A DNA stretch of 64,000 bases from Peptococcaceae bacterium UBA5755. GTDB lineage: Bacteria; Bacillota; Dehalobacteriia; UBA4068; UBA5755. Shown one piece after another: positions 17,234 through 27,287 of this stretch. Under the pieces are notes generated by a model, which worked only from the letters and a program-made list of their open reading frames with translations, had not been told where the DNA came from and searched no databases. Location: the NCBI GenBank assembly GCA_002419005.1, contig DIFF01000012.1, forward strand, positions 147,455-211,454, in the 5' to 3' direction. How positions within the stretch are numbered: the first letter of the stretch is position 1; every line of letters begins with the position of its first letter. The translations under genes and the position numbers were made by a program.

Positions 17234-19027
17234 TTATTTTTCTGGCACAGTAGTTTTAATATAAAGTTCCCGCAATTGTTTGGCATCAACCAAACTGGGT
17301 GCTTGCATCATGGCACAAGTGGCACTTTGGGTTTTGGGGAAGGCAATAACATCTCTGATCGTGTTCTTTTTAGCCAAAAGCATCGTCATACGGTCTAACC
17401 CGAAGGCAATGCCACCATGCGGCGGTGCTCCATACTCAAAGGCATCCAGAAGATAGCCAAATTTGCCCCTGGCTTCCGCCGGGTCCATACTTATAGCAGC
17501 AAACATTTGCTCCTGCACTTTTTTGTCGTAAATTCGTATACTGCCACCGCCCAATTCTACACCGTTTAAAACCATGTCATAGGCTTTTGCTTTTGCCTTG
17601 CCAGGATCAGAAAGCAAATATTTTACATCTTCTTCCATGGGTGAAGTGAAAGGATGGTGCATAGCTACCCAGCGTTTTTCATCGGTATTATATTCAAACA
17701 AAGGAAAATCGACCACCCAGCAAAAGTTGAATTCTTCCGGGTCTATTAGCCCTTCCCTTTTGGCAATTTCCACCCGCAGGTGACCCAAACTTTCTGCCAC
17801 AACCATAGGTTCATCGGCCACAAACATTAGTAAATCGCCTGTTTTAGCATTCATTTTTTGGCAGATGGCTGTAAGCTGCTCCGGTATAAAAAACTTAGCA
17901 ATAGGAGATTTCGGTCCTTCTTCCGTCATTTGGATATAAGCAAGACCCTTAGCCCCAAAAATAGCCACAAAATTAGTTAGCTCATCTATTTCCTTGCGGG
18001 AATATTTAGCACAACCTACCGCATTGATGCCTTTTACCTGACCACCGTTGTTCACCACGCTGGCAAAAACCTTAAAATCACTCTGGGCAGCAATCTCGCC
18101 AATATCTACCAGTTTTAGGCCAAAACGCAAATCTGGTTTATCAGAGCCATAAACACCCATGGCTTCGGCATAAGTAAGACGAGCAAAAGGCGTTTTGATG
18201 GTCGTGTTCATGGTTTTGGCAAAAATATAAACCATCATTTCTTCCATGAGAGCTAAAATATCTTCCCTATCCACAAAAGACATCTCAATATCTAGCTGAG
18301 TAAATTCTGGCTGGCGGTCAGCCCGTAAGTCTTCATCTCGGAAGCAACGAGCCACCTGAAAATATTTTTCTATGCCGGAGACCATTAGCATTTGCTTAAA
18401 AAGCTGTGGGGATTGCGGCAAAGCATAAAACTCACCTGGATGCACCCGGCTGGGCACCAAATAATCTCTGGCTCCTTCCGGGGAGCTTTTGGTGAGTATG
18501 GGAGTTTCCACTTCCAAAAAATCTCTTTGATTTAAAAACTCCCGCATGGCAAAAGCAATTTTGTGCCGCAAAATCAGAGCCTGCTGCATAACCGGACGCC
18601 GCAAGTCCAAATAGCGGTATTTTAAGCGAACCATCTCATCTGCTTCCAGGTTATCCTCAATGTAAAAAGGCGGCGTTTTGGCTTTGTTTAATATGCGTAG
18701 TTCGGTAGCATATACTTCTACCTCACCGGTAGTCAAATTGGCGTTTACAGTGCCTTTTGGCCTGGCTCCCACAACGCCGGTGATGGCCAGTACATATTCA
18801 TTGCGAACCGATTCGGCCCGGCTAAAGGTTTCGGCCCCAGATTCCGGGTTAAAAACAACCTGCAAAAGGCCAAAACGGTCTCGCAAATCTATAAAAATCA
18901 AACCGCCGTGATCCCTTCTTCTTTGCACCCAACCCATAACCGTAATCTGCTTACCGCAATCAGTTATTCTTAATTCACCACAGTTGTGATCTTTTTTTAA
19001 ACCTGCCATGCTTACAACGGTACTCAT
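17234..19027 (-). CDS. aspS: Aspartate-tRNA ligase
   Basis: 597 aa with an OB-fold N-terminus, class II motifs (FRDEDLRADRQPEFTQLD, GGGSIRI, GLDR), and a GAD insertion domain. Confidence 0.95.
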   Translation of the reverse strand: MSTVVSMAGLKKDHNCGELRITDCGKQITVMGWVQRRRDHGGLIFIDLRDRFGLLQVVFNPESGAETFSRAESVRNEYVLAITGVVGARPKGTVNANLTTGEVEVYATELRILNKAKTPPFYIEDNLEADEMVRLKYRYLDLRRPVMQQALILRHKIAFAMREFLNQRDFLEVETPILTKSSPEGARDYLVPSRVHPGEFYALPQSPQLFKQMLMVSGIEKYFQVARCFRDEDLRADRQPEFTQLDIEMSFVDREDILALMEEMMVYIFAKTMNTTIKTPFARLTYAEAMGVYGSDKPDLRFGLKLVDIGEIAAQSDFKVFASVVNNGGQVKGINAVGCAKYSRKEIDELTNFVAIFGAKGLAYIQMTEEGPKSPIAKFFIPEQLTAICQKMNAKTGDLLMFVADEPMVVAESLGHLRVEIAKREGLIDPEEFNFCWVVDFPLFEYNTDEKRWVAMHHPFTSPMEEDVKYLLSDPGKAKAKAYDMVLNGVELGGGSIRIYDKKVQEQMFAAISMDPAEARGKFGYLLDAFEYGAPPHGGIAFGLDRMTMLLAKKNTIRDVIAFPKTQSATCAMMQAPSLVDAKQLRELYIKTTVPEK

Positions 19028-19040
19028 TGATTTACCCCCA

Positions 19041-20309
19041 CTATTTAATTTCTTTTACTAAAAATTCTACTGCATCGCTCAAAGCTATCGGCTGCTGCTC
19101 GGATGTGGCCATATTTCTTAAAATCACTTGCCCGGCAGCCAATTCGGCGCCGCCCAAAAGCACAGTATATTTTACTTTAAATTTATCAGCATATTTCATT
19201 TGGGCTTTTAAACTGCGCCCCAAAATATCTTTTTCTGCTTTTATGCCCATTTTCCTCAGCTGCATTAAAAAACTAAAGGCTGCAAGGTCAGCTGTTTCAT
19301 CTATGGCAGCCACAAAAACATCCCTGCCTGTTTCTATCGGAACTTCAATATTTTGAGCAGCCAGGGCCGCAAAAATACGCTCCATACCCAGGGCAAAACC
19401 AACCCCGGGGGTCGGCGTGCCACCCAGCTCTTGCATCAACCCATTATAACGCCCGCCACCGCAAATGGCACTTTGGGCGCCAATTTCCTCCATAATTATT
19501 TCAAAGGCGGTGTTAGTATAATAATCTAGGCCCCGCACCAAACAATAATTGATGGCATATTTGATGCCGGCCGCATCTAAATAGCGGCAGACTGCCTCAA
19601 AATTGTCACGGCAATCATCACATAGGCAATCTATGGTAGTTGGGACATCTTTGGTTATTGCCTGGCAAACAGGGCTTTTGCAATCTAAAATCCGCATCGG
19701 GTTTTTTTCAAAACGGCTCTGACACGTTGGGCAAAGCTCGCTCAGGTGAGGCCACAAAAAATCTTGCAGAGCTTTTCGATGGGCAGGACGGCAATTTGGG
19801 CAGCCAACGCTGTTTAAATGTAACTGCAAGTTTTTTAAGCCCAAACGGTGGTAGAACTCCCAGGCTAGGGCAATCACCTCGGCATCTGCCTCAGGGCTTG
19901 CTGCCCCAAAGCACTCTACTCCAAACTGATGAAACTGGCGGTAGCGGCCGGCCTGCGGCCTTTCATAGCGAAACATGGGGCCCATATAATACAATTTTAC
20001 CGGCTGCAAGGCCCCATAAAGCTTGTTTTCTATATAAGCCCGCACTACTGAGGCGGTGTTCTCCGGCCTTAGGGTTATGCTGCGTTGCCCCATATCGTTA
20101 AAAGTATACATCTCTTTTTGCACTATGTCGGTGGTATCTCCCACACCACGCTGAAAAAGCTGAGTCTCCTCAAAAATCGGCGTACGGATTTCCTGATAGC
20201 CAAATTCCCGGCAAAGTTCTCTTAAAAGATTTTCTACATATTGCCATTTTTCCGTTTCGCCCGGCAAAAAATCATTGGTGCCTCTGGGCCTGTTCGCAAT
20301 CATAACCAA
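19041..20309 (-). CDS. hisS: Histidine-tRNA ligase
   Basis: 422 aa with class II motifs (YYMGPMFRYERPQAGRYRQFHQ, GGGRYNGL) and the hisS-aspS pairing. Confidence 0.95.
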   Translation of the reverse strand: MVMIANRPRGTNDFLPGETEKWQYVENLLRELCREFGYQEIRTPIFEETQLFQRGVGDTTDIVQKEMYTFNDMGQRSITLRPENTASVVRAYIENKLYGALQPVKLYYMGPMFRYERPQAGRYRQFHQFGVECFGAASPEADAEVIALAWEFYHRLGLKNLQLHLNSVGCPNCRPAHRKALQDFLWPHLSELCPTCQSRFEKNPMRILDCKSPVCQAITKDVPTTIDCLCDDCRDNFEAVCRYLDAAGIKYAINYCLVRGLDYYTNTAFEIIMEEIGAQSAICGGGRYNGLMQELGGTPTPGVGFALGMERIFAALAAQNIEVPIETGRDVFVAAIDETADLAAFSFLMQLRKMGIKAEKDILGRSLKAQMKYADKFKVKYTVLLGGAELAAGQVILRNMATSEQQPIALSDAVEFLVKEIK

Positions 20310-20349
20310 CCTCCTCTATTTAAAGCATGCTTATATAGCCTACTCTGTT

Positions 20350-21015
20350 TTACAAATTTCTCAGATAAGGGTTATGGGCCTTCTCTCGGCCCAAATTTGA
20401 GTCCATCCCGTGCCCTGGCAAAATCATAAGCTCATCCGGCAGGGGCAATAGTTTGTTTTTAATGCTTTTTATTAAAGTATCATAATCCCCACCCGGGAAA
20501 TCCGTGCGGCCGATGGAACCTTCAAAAAGCGTGTCGCCGGTAAAAATAACATTCCCCACCAAAAGACATAGGCCCCCGGGCGAATGGCCGGGCGTGTGGA
20601 TAACCTGCAACTCCAAGCTGCCCAAGGTAAGCTTGTCCCCATCTTTTAAATATATTTTATCATAACCGCAGAAAAGATTGTTACCTCTTCTTTCAAAAAA
20701 ACCGTTAAGAGTGCCATCCTGCAGCTTTTGTTTTTCCGCCTCATGCATATAAACCGGAGCCCCGCAAAGCTCCTGCAGCGTTTGGTTTGCCCCAATATGA
20801 TCCCAATGACCGTGGGTATTTATTATCATCTTTATTGTTACGCCCAGATTCTCGGCTTGGGCAAAAATTTTATCGGCCTTATCCACCGGGTCTATCACGG
20901 CGGCCACTTGGTTTAGCGAATCCATAACCAAGTAGCAATTAGCTCCTAAAATTCCCATTTTGTGAGAAATGATTTCCACGTTTAGCATATCTTGTTCTAT
21001 TTTTTGCCAGCCCAT
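20350..21015 (-). CDS. MBL-fold metallo-hydrolase (glyoxalase II-like)
   Basis: 221 aa with the HTHGHWDHIG metal-binding motif, then HTPGHSPG and GDTLF. Confidence 0.88.
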   Translation of the reverse strand: MGWQKIEQDMLNVEIISHKMGILGANCYLVMDSLNQVAAVIDPVDKADKIFAQAENLGVTIKMIINTHGHWDHIGANQTLQELCGAPVYMHEAEKQKLQDGTLNGFFERRGNNLFCGYDKIYLKDGDKLTLGSLELQVIHTPGHSPGGLCLLVGNVIFTGDTLFEGSIGRTDFPGGDYDTLIKSIKNKLLPLPDELMILPGHGMDSNLGREKAHNPYLRNL

Positions 21016-21029
21016 ATCTTACCTCTTTT

Positions 21030-21476
21030 TTATAGTTTATCTGTGTCTAAAAGCAAAGTAACCGGCCCGTCGTTGGCAATTTCTACCAACATATTCGCCT
21101 GAAAGATTCCGGTTGCAACAGGCACCCTTTTTGTTTTTAGCTCGCAAGAAAAAGCTTTGTAAAGCTTGCTTGCCAAATCTGGCAAGGCGGCCTCACTAAA
21201 ACTGGGCCGGCGACCATGGCGGCAATCCCCGTACAAAGTAAACTGTGAAACAACCAGGGCTTCGCCACCTATATTCAACAAAGATAAGTTTAGTTTATCT
21301 TCCGCATCGGGGAATATTCTCAGGTTGGCTATTTTTTCTGCTAGCCAAATTGCATCGGCCTCGGTGTCGCCTTCCCCCACCCCCAGCAAAATTACCAGAC
21401 CCGGGCCAATAGATGAAACAACTTTTTCTTCTATGGACACGCTGCCTTTTTTTACTCTTTGCACTACAGCCCGCAT
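21030..21476 (-). CDS. dtd: D-aminoacyl-tRNA deacylase
   Basis: 148 aa with MRAVVQRV..., SQFTLYGD and NDGPVT motifs. Confidence 0.93.
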   Translation of the reverse strand: MRAVVQRVKKGSVSIEEKVVSSIGPGLVILLGVGEGDTEADAIWLAEKIANLRIFPDAEDKLNLSLLNIGGEALVVSQFTLYGDCRHGRRPSFSEAALPDLASKLYKAFSCELKTKRVPVATGIFQANMLVEIANDGPVTLLLDTDKL

Positions 21477-21506
21477 AAAACCTCCTCATGCCACCTCTTT
21501 AATTGG

Positions 21507-23723
21507 TTAATCCTGATGTTTTTCATTTACCAAACGTGTCACTTCAAGTACATCTTTCACTCTTCTAACCTTACTCATTAAATATTCTAACTGATCCAAA
21601 TTACTTATCTCTATTTTTAAATAAATAGTAGTCATCCTGTTTTTATCTAATAGCATCCGTACCCCGTTGATTAATGTTTTGGTTTCAGATATGGCAGACA
21701 TGGCATCTGCCACTACCCGAGGGCTTTCCAAAGCTTTTACCAATATTTCCGCCTGAAATACCCCTTCCGTCTCGTTACCCCACGTGGTTTCTACCAATCT
21801 ATCCAGCTCGTTGTTCTTGTAATAGAGCACATTTGGGCAATCCTGCCGGTGCACAGAGACACCACGGCCGCGGGTGATATAGCCAATTATAGGGTCCCCC
21901 GGCAAAGGGTTGCAGCAATGGGCAATTCTTACCATTACCCCCGGCTCACCTTTCACCCAAATACCGTTATCAAACCCAGCATTTCCGCTAAAAGGTTTAA
22001 CAGCAAGCTTAATATCCGGTACCGGTTCCGGCTCATCCTTGATAATACCCTTACGAAGGTTGGCATCCTCTTTTACTTTGCTTATCACAGCCAAAGGTGT
22101 GATAACACCAGCCTCTACCGCCAAAAGCAAATCATCGCCTGTTACATAACTAAAACGTTTGGCAACTTCCGTAATTTTTTCATTTTTTAAAAGCGCATTG
22201 GCATCAATACTTTGCTTTAAACAGGCCAGTTCGATCATTTGGTGGCCTGCTTGCAAGTTGTCTTCCCTGTTCTCTCTGCGGAAATATTGGCGAATCTTGT
22301 TTTTTGCCTGGCTGGTCTTAACTATTTTAAGCCAATCCCAACTAGGGCCGCTGCCTTTGGCTGTCAAAATTTCTACTATGTCACCATTGTGTAAAGGATA
22401 ATCTAATGTTGCAATGCGTTGGTTTACCTTGGCTCCCACACACTGATGACCAATTTGGGTATGCACCCGATAGGCAAAATCTATGGGCGAAGCCCCCGCG
22501 GGAAGCTCGTAAACATCTCCTTTGGGCGAGAAAACAAAAACTGAATCCACAAATAAGTCCACCTTGACTGATTCCATAAACTCATTGGCATCTCTCATTT
22601 CCTGCTGCCACTCCAGCATTTGCCGCAGCCAAGACATCTTTTTATCAAAGTCTACATCACCGCTTTTACCTTCTTTGTATCGCCAGTGAGCGGCAATGCC
22701 ATATTCCGAGATGCGGTGCATCTCCCAGGTCCTTATCTGCACCTCAAAAGGGTTGCCCTTGGGCCCAATTAGGGTGGTATGGATAGACTGATACATGTTG
22801 TCTTTAGGCATGGCTATATAATCCTTAAAACGGCCAGGAATGGGTTTCCAAAGGGTGTGGACAACACCCAAAGCCCCGTAGCAATTTTTTACGTTATCCA
22901 CAATTATCCGCAAGGCACTCACATCATAAATTTCATCTAGCTCTTTTTGCTGCCGTTGCATTTTAGTATAAATGCTGTAATAATTTTTCGAGCGGCTATT
23001 GATGGTTGCCTTGATGTTGATGGCCGCTAAATGCTCTTGCAATTCATCACATATCTGTTGGATAGTTTTTCCCTGCTCTTGCTTGCGGCTGGAAATTTGG
23101 CTTACCAAAGTATTGTACTTTTCCGGTTCCAAATACTTAAGAGCCAAATCTTCTAGCTCCCACTGAATTTTGGATATGCCCAAACGATGCGCCAAAGGAG
23201 CAAAAATATCCAGAGTTTCCTGAGCGATCTCCTTTTTTCTCAGCTCGGAATGGTGACTGCCTAAGGTTCGCATATTATGCAATCTATCTGCCAATTTAAC
23301 CAAAATAATACGGATATCTTCGCTCATGGCCAAAAACATTTTACGCAGGTTATCGGCCTGTTGTTCTCTTTTAGTCCGGTTTTCTAAACGGCTCAGTTTG
23401 GTAACCCCATCAACCAAAGTCATAATCTCCGGACCAAATTCCTTCCGAATATATTCCAAGGTGATGCTGGTATCTTCAACCACATCATGCAAAAACCCAG
23501 CCGCCAGGCTAAAATCATCAATTTGCAAATCCGCTAATATGCCCGCAACTTCTAAAGGATGAACAATATAATCTTCGCCGGAATCCCGCTTCTGACCAAC
23601 GTGAGATTGGCACGCCAAATCATAGGCCTTACGAATAAGGTCTTGGTTAGAATTTGGGTTGTATTCCCACACCCGGGCAAGAATACTTTCTATGGTTGCT
23701 TTTTCAGAATCAGCAGCCTTCAT
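21507..23723 (-). CDS. relA: Bifunctional (p)ppGpp synthetase/hydrolase RelA/SpoT
   Basis: 738 aa with an HD domain (HPLEVAGILA...HDVVEDT), a synthetase domain (YQSIHTT, EVQIRT), and TGS and ACT C-terminal regions. Confidence 0.95.
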   Translation of the reverse strand: MKAADSEKATIESILARVWEYNPNSNQDLIRKAYDLACQSHVGQKRDSGEDYIVHPLEVAGILADLQIDDFSLAAGFLHDVVEDTSITLEYIRKEFGPEIMTLVDGVTKLSRLENRTKREQQADNLRKMFLAMSEDIRIILVKLADRLHNMRTLGSHHSELRKKEIAQETLDIFAPLAHRLGISKIQWELEDLALKYLEPEKYNTLVSQISSRKQEQGKTIQQICDELQEHLAAINIKATINSRSKNYYSIYTKMQRQQKELDEIYDVSALRIIVDNVKNCYGALGVVHTLWKPIPGRFKDYIAMPKDNMYQSIHTTLIGPKGNPFEVQIRTWEMHRISEYGIAAHWRYKEGKSGDVDFDKKMSWLRQMLEWQQEMRDANEFMESVKVDLFVDSVFVFSPKGDVYELPAGASPIDFAYRVHTQIGHQCVGAKVNQRIATLDYPLHNGDIVEILTAKGSGPSWDWLKIVKTSQAKNKIRQYFRRENREDNLQAGHQMIELACLKQSIDANALLKNEKITEVAKRFSYVTGDDLLLAVEAGVITPLAVISKVKEDANLRKGIIKDEPEPVPDIKLAVKPFSGNAGFDNGIWVKGEPGVMVRIAHCCNPLPGDPIIGYITRGRGVSVHRQDCPNVLYYKNNELDRLVETTWGNETEGVFQAEILVKALESPRVVADAMSAISETKTLINGVRMLLDKNRMTTIYLKIEISNLDQLEYLMSKVRRVKDVLEVTRLVNEKHQD

Positions 23724-23880
23724 GCCAAACCTCCAAAAAACTATATTTTATTAATTATACAACAAAACTGCTTAACAATGGGCATATTTTTAAAAATCTT
23801 CGCAAAGTATCTAAAAGAAAGATAGATAAAATATATTTTACTAAACCTCTTGTAAAAGAGCAAGAAATATTATAAAGCAA

Positions 23881-23923
23881 AAATATCCCCAAAAGGCCAG
23901 GTCATGTCCTTTAGGGATATTTT
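23881..23923 (-). terminator. Terminator hairpin after ftsZ
   Basis: aaatatcccc-aaagg...ccttt-agggatattt forms an extended stem. On the minus strand it is followed by TTTGCTTT. Confidence 0.5.
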
Positions 23924-23942
23924 ATGTGCTTGTATAATGTGA

Positions 23943-25019
23943 TTAGTTTTTGCTCCTCATAAAAGAGGGCACCTCAATATCCGGGAAATCGGGAGAGGCA
24001 AAGACAAGCGTATCTTCTTTAAGTGTTTTTTTGCCCGGCATAAACAAAGGACGGTTAGTCGATTTACCATCAAAACCGGTGGCAATAACGGTAACCCGAA
24101 TGGTGTCGCCCAAATTATCATCAATGCCTGCACCAAAAATCACATTGGCATCCGGGTCGGCAGACTGGGCAATAAATTCTGCCGCCTCGTTAACTTCCAT
24201 TAAGGTCATGGCTTCGGTGCCAGTTATGTTAAGGATAACACCCTTTGCCCCTTGAATGGATGTTTCTAAAAGCTGGCTCGAAATTGCAGCCTTGGCTGCT
24301 TCCACTGCCCTGTTTTCTCCTTCGGCTATGCCAATACCCATCATAGTAGAACCAGCTTTTTCCATGATCGTTTTAACGTCTGCAAAATCCAGGTTGATTA
24401 CAGCAGGCTTGGAAATAAGGTCGGAAATACCTTGAACGCCTTGCCGCAAAACTTCATCCGCAAAAGAAAAGGCCTCGTTCATGGGGGTTTTTTTGTCAAT
24501 TATTTGTAAGAGTTTATCATTGGGAATGGTTATGAGAGCGTCTACCCTATCGCGAAGCTCGGCAATACCCATCTCGGCTTTTTGGGCTCTATGGCGACCT
24601 TCAAAAGAAAACGGTTTGGTGACAACCCCTATGGCCAAAGCACCAACCTCTTTTGCTATATCGGCTACTAAAGGAGCCGCGCCGGTACCGGTGCCGCCTC
24701 CCATGCCGGAAGTAATAAACACCATATCGGCACCTTCTACAGACTTACGGATCTCTTCTCTGCTTTCCTCAGCTGCTCTTTGGCCAACTTCCGGCTGGGC
24801 ACCAGCTCCCAAACCCTTGGTGAGCTTGGCTCCAATCTGTAATTTTTGGTCGGCCTGAGAATATTGTAAAGCCTGGGCATCGGTATTTATGGCAATAAAC
24901 TCCACCCCGGACAGAGCTTTTCTTATCATACGGTTGACTGCATTGTTGCCACCGCCGCCAACACCAACTACTTTTATTTTCGCAAATTGACCAAAACCAA
25001 TGTCATCAAATTCTACCAT
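23943..25019 (-). CDS. ftsZ: Cell division protein FtsZ
   Basis: 358 aa with [15 protein letters not shown] and the tubulin signature [10 protein letters not shown]. Confidence 0.97.
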   Translation of the reverse strand: MVEFDDIGFGQFAKIKVVGVGGGGNNAVNRMIRKALSGVEFIAINTDAQALQYSQADQKLQIGAKLTKGLGAGAQPEVGQRAAEESREEIRKSVEGADMVFITSGMGGGTGTGAAPLVADIAKEVGALAIGVVTKPFSFEGRHRAQKAEMGIAELRDRVDALITIPNDKLLQIIDKKTPMNEAFSFADEVLRQGVQGISDLISKPAVINLDFADVKTIMEKAGSTMMGIGIAEGENRAVEAAKAAISSQLLETSIQGAKGVILNITGTEAMTLMEVNEAAEFIAQSADPDANVIFGAGIDDNLGDTIRVTVIATGFDGKSTNRPLFMPGKKTLKEDTLVFASPDFPDIEVPSFMRSKN

Positions 25020-25150
25020 TTAGCAAATCCTCCTTTAACGATACGAGCAATCCTAACCCAAAATAATTTCCACAAATATTACTGATTCCCTGCTAATAAC
25101 TGTAAGAGAAAAATAGATTTTTCCGTCCATAAAAAGCCATTTTCGCCAAA

Positions 25151-25927
25151 TTATTCTTTGTAGCCAATGGCTGCCTTTTCTTCTACGGAAACATCAATAT
25201 ACTGCACTTTATCTAATTTGCTCGTCACTGTATCACTGTTCATAATACGAGAAAATATGTCAAATTTATTACGAAAATCATATTGATCCCCTAATATTAG
25301 GTCAATATTATATACTGTATATACCTTAATTTTATGGATATTCGACACATCAATCTCGGAAATAACACTGGCAGAAGCTTGGTCCATCTGATCTATTACC
25401 CAAAGGCCGGCAGCAACTTTTTCTGACTCCAGCTTACTGCCGGTCAAAATATCCGACAGCAAATCATCGGCTCCGGTTATAAGCATATAATGTAGGCCCT
25501 GCACCAAATTTTGTTTTTGCAGCACATAACCGTTAATATCTACCTGTAAAAGTCCGGTAGCAATCTGCACATAAGCGGCGGCGGTTCTTTCCTTCACCGT
25601 GATTATAATGGTATTCGGCAGTTTTCTTTCCACCTTGGCTGATTCTATCCAAATATTGGTAGCAATCATAACAGAAGCCTGCTTTATATTAGCCTTATAT
25701 ATAGGTTGTCCAACACTGATGTTGCTCAAAGCCAATATTTCGGCTTCAGTTGCCTTGTTATAGCCGGAAACTTCAATATTTTCAATATTAAAAAATGGCG
25801 AAATGGCAAAACTAAAGCCCCCTACTAAACACAAAATAAAAAAGAGTAGGTAAAGAATCCAGCGAATACTGCCGGCCCGTTTTTTTCTTTTACGATATTT
25901 TTCAATGGAATCTATATTTTGCTGCAT
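25151..25927 (-). CDS. ftsQ: Cell division protein FtsQ/DivIB (POTRA domain)
   Basis: 258 aa with a basic N-terminus and a single TM segment, then POTRA-like FNIENIEVSGYNKATEAEIL. Its dcw position is upstream of ftsZ. Confidence 0.8.
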   Translation of the reverse strand: MQQNIDSIEKYRKRKKRAGSIRWILYLLFFILCLVGGFSFAISPFFNIENIEVSGYNKATEAEILALSNISVGQPIYKANIKQASVMIATNIWIESAKVERKLPNTIIITVKERTAAAYVQIATGLLQVDINGYVLQKQNLVQGLHYMLITGADDLLSDILTGSKLESEKVAAGLWVIDQMDQASASVISEIDVSNIHKIKVYTVYNIDLILGDQYDFRNKFDIFSRIMNSDTVTSKLDKVQYIDVSVEEKAAIGYKE

Positions 25928-25952
25928 ATTTTCTCCCTTTTGGAAACTGTCT

Positions 25953-27269
25953 TTATAAGTTTAGCACATACTCCACTTCTTCTGTTTTAAATTCTTCTGT
26001 TTTAAATATTGGAATATCAATATTTGTCCGCACAATATCCGCCCCTAATGCCGCCAGGTTTTCCTCAAAACGCTCATAACCACGGTCTATATATTTTATA
26101 TCTTGCACCGTGGTAACACCTTCTGCCGCCAAAGCTGCCAAAACCAATGCCGCCCCGGCTCGCAGGTCCGTAGCTTCAACTTCTGTACCCAACAAAGGCT
26201 TTTTACCGCTTATTATAGCAGTACGGCCCAAAACTTTAATGTCGGCTCCCAAAGCACACAAACCCTCTACTTGACGAAAACGCTTTTCAAAAATATTTTC
26301 GGATATCACACTTACCCCATGGGCCTGAGTCAAAAGAGCCATCATTTGGGGTTGCATATCCGTGGGAAAACCAGGGTATGGCATGGTGTATATATTGATG
26401 CCATGTAAACACCCCGCAGCGGAAATACGTAAACCTTGGGCATCTCCCATTATCACAGCCCCAGCTTCCCGCATTTTATTTAAAAATACTGTTAAATAAT
26501 ATTCTTTTGCTCCACGCAAATAAATGTCGCCGTCGGTTATGGCCGCCGCACAAAGCATCGTCCCCGCTTCTATCCTGTCTGGCATAACCCAATATTCGGT
26601 TCCGCCCAGCTCGGCCACGCCTTCTACCCTTATGGTATTGCTACCAGCCCCGTTTATTTTAGCCCCCAAACAATTTAAAAAATTAGCCAAATCTATCAGC
26701 TCTGGCTCTTTGGCCGCATTATAGATGGTAGTATCCCCTTCTGCCAGAACCGCAGCCATCATGGTATTTTCCGTTGCTCCCACACTGGGAAAATCCAAAT
26801 GGACTTCTGCCCCTTTCAAACGGGTGGCCTTGGCCTCATTGCTATCTCCTTTGGCAGAAACCTGAGCCCCCAAACAGTTGAGGGCTTGCAAATGATAATT
26901 AATGGGACGAGAGCCAATGGCACAACCGCCGGATATGGGCAACATGACCTCTTGAAAGCGACTTAAGAGCGGACCCAAAACCAAACTAGAGGCACGCATT
27001 TTCTTCGTCAACTGGGCAGATATAGGTCCGGAACCGGCTTCTGCCGCATTTATCGAGATAGTGTGGCCTTCCCATTCAACTTTGACACCATAATTTTGTA
27101 AAACCTCACACATTACCGCTACATCATCCAGAATTGGTACATTGTGCAAGGTACAAGTTTGCTTGGTTAAAAGACAAGCTGCCAATATGGGCAAAACCGC
27201 GTTTTTGGAACCACTGATTTTTATATCACCTTCCAAACGCTTTTTCCCTGTAATGACAAATCTGTCCAC
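25953..27269 (-). CDS. murA: UDP-N-acetylglucosamine 1-carboxyvinyltransferase
   Basis: 438 aa with MDRFVITGKKRLEGDIKISGSKNAVLPILAA, the active-site Cys region (GGCAIGSRPI), and a roughly 20-aa C-terminal extension. Confidence 0.95.
   Translation of the reverse strand: MDRFVITGKKRLEGDIKISGSKNAVLPILAACLLTKQTCTLHNVPILDDVAVMCEVLQNYGVKVEWEGHTISINAAEAGSGPISAQLTKKMRASSLVLGPLLSRFQEVMLPISGGCAIGSRPINYHLQALNCLGAQVSAKGDSNEAKATRLKGAEVHLDFPSVGATENTMMAAVLAEGDTTIYNAAKEPELIDLANFLNCLGAKINGAGSNTIRVEGVAELGGTEYWVMPDRIEAGTMLCAAAITDGDIYLRGAKEYYLTVFLNKMREAGAVIMGDAQGLRISAAGCLHGINIYTMPYPGFPTDMQPQMMALLTQAHGVSVISENIFEKRFRQVEGLCALGADIKVLGRTAIISGKKPLLGTEVEATDLRAGAALVLAALAAEGVTTVQDIKYIDRGYERFEENLAALGADIVRTNIDIPIFKTEEFKTEEVEYVLNL
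25977..26006 (-). repeat. Perfect 15-bp tandem duplication inside the 3' end of murA
   Basis: ttcttctgttttaaa occurs twice (25977-25991 and 25992-26006), encoding FKTEE-FKTEE in the C-terminal tail. Confidence 0.9.
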
Positions 27270-27287
27270 AGCTTTGCCTCCCTGGTG

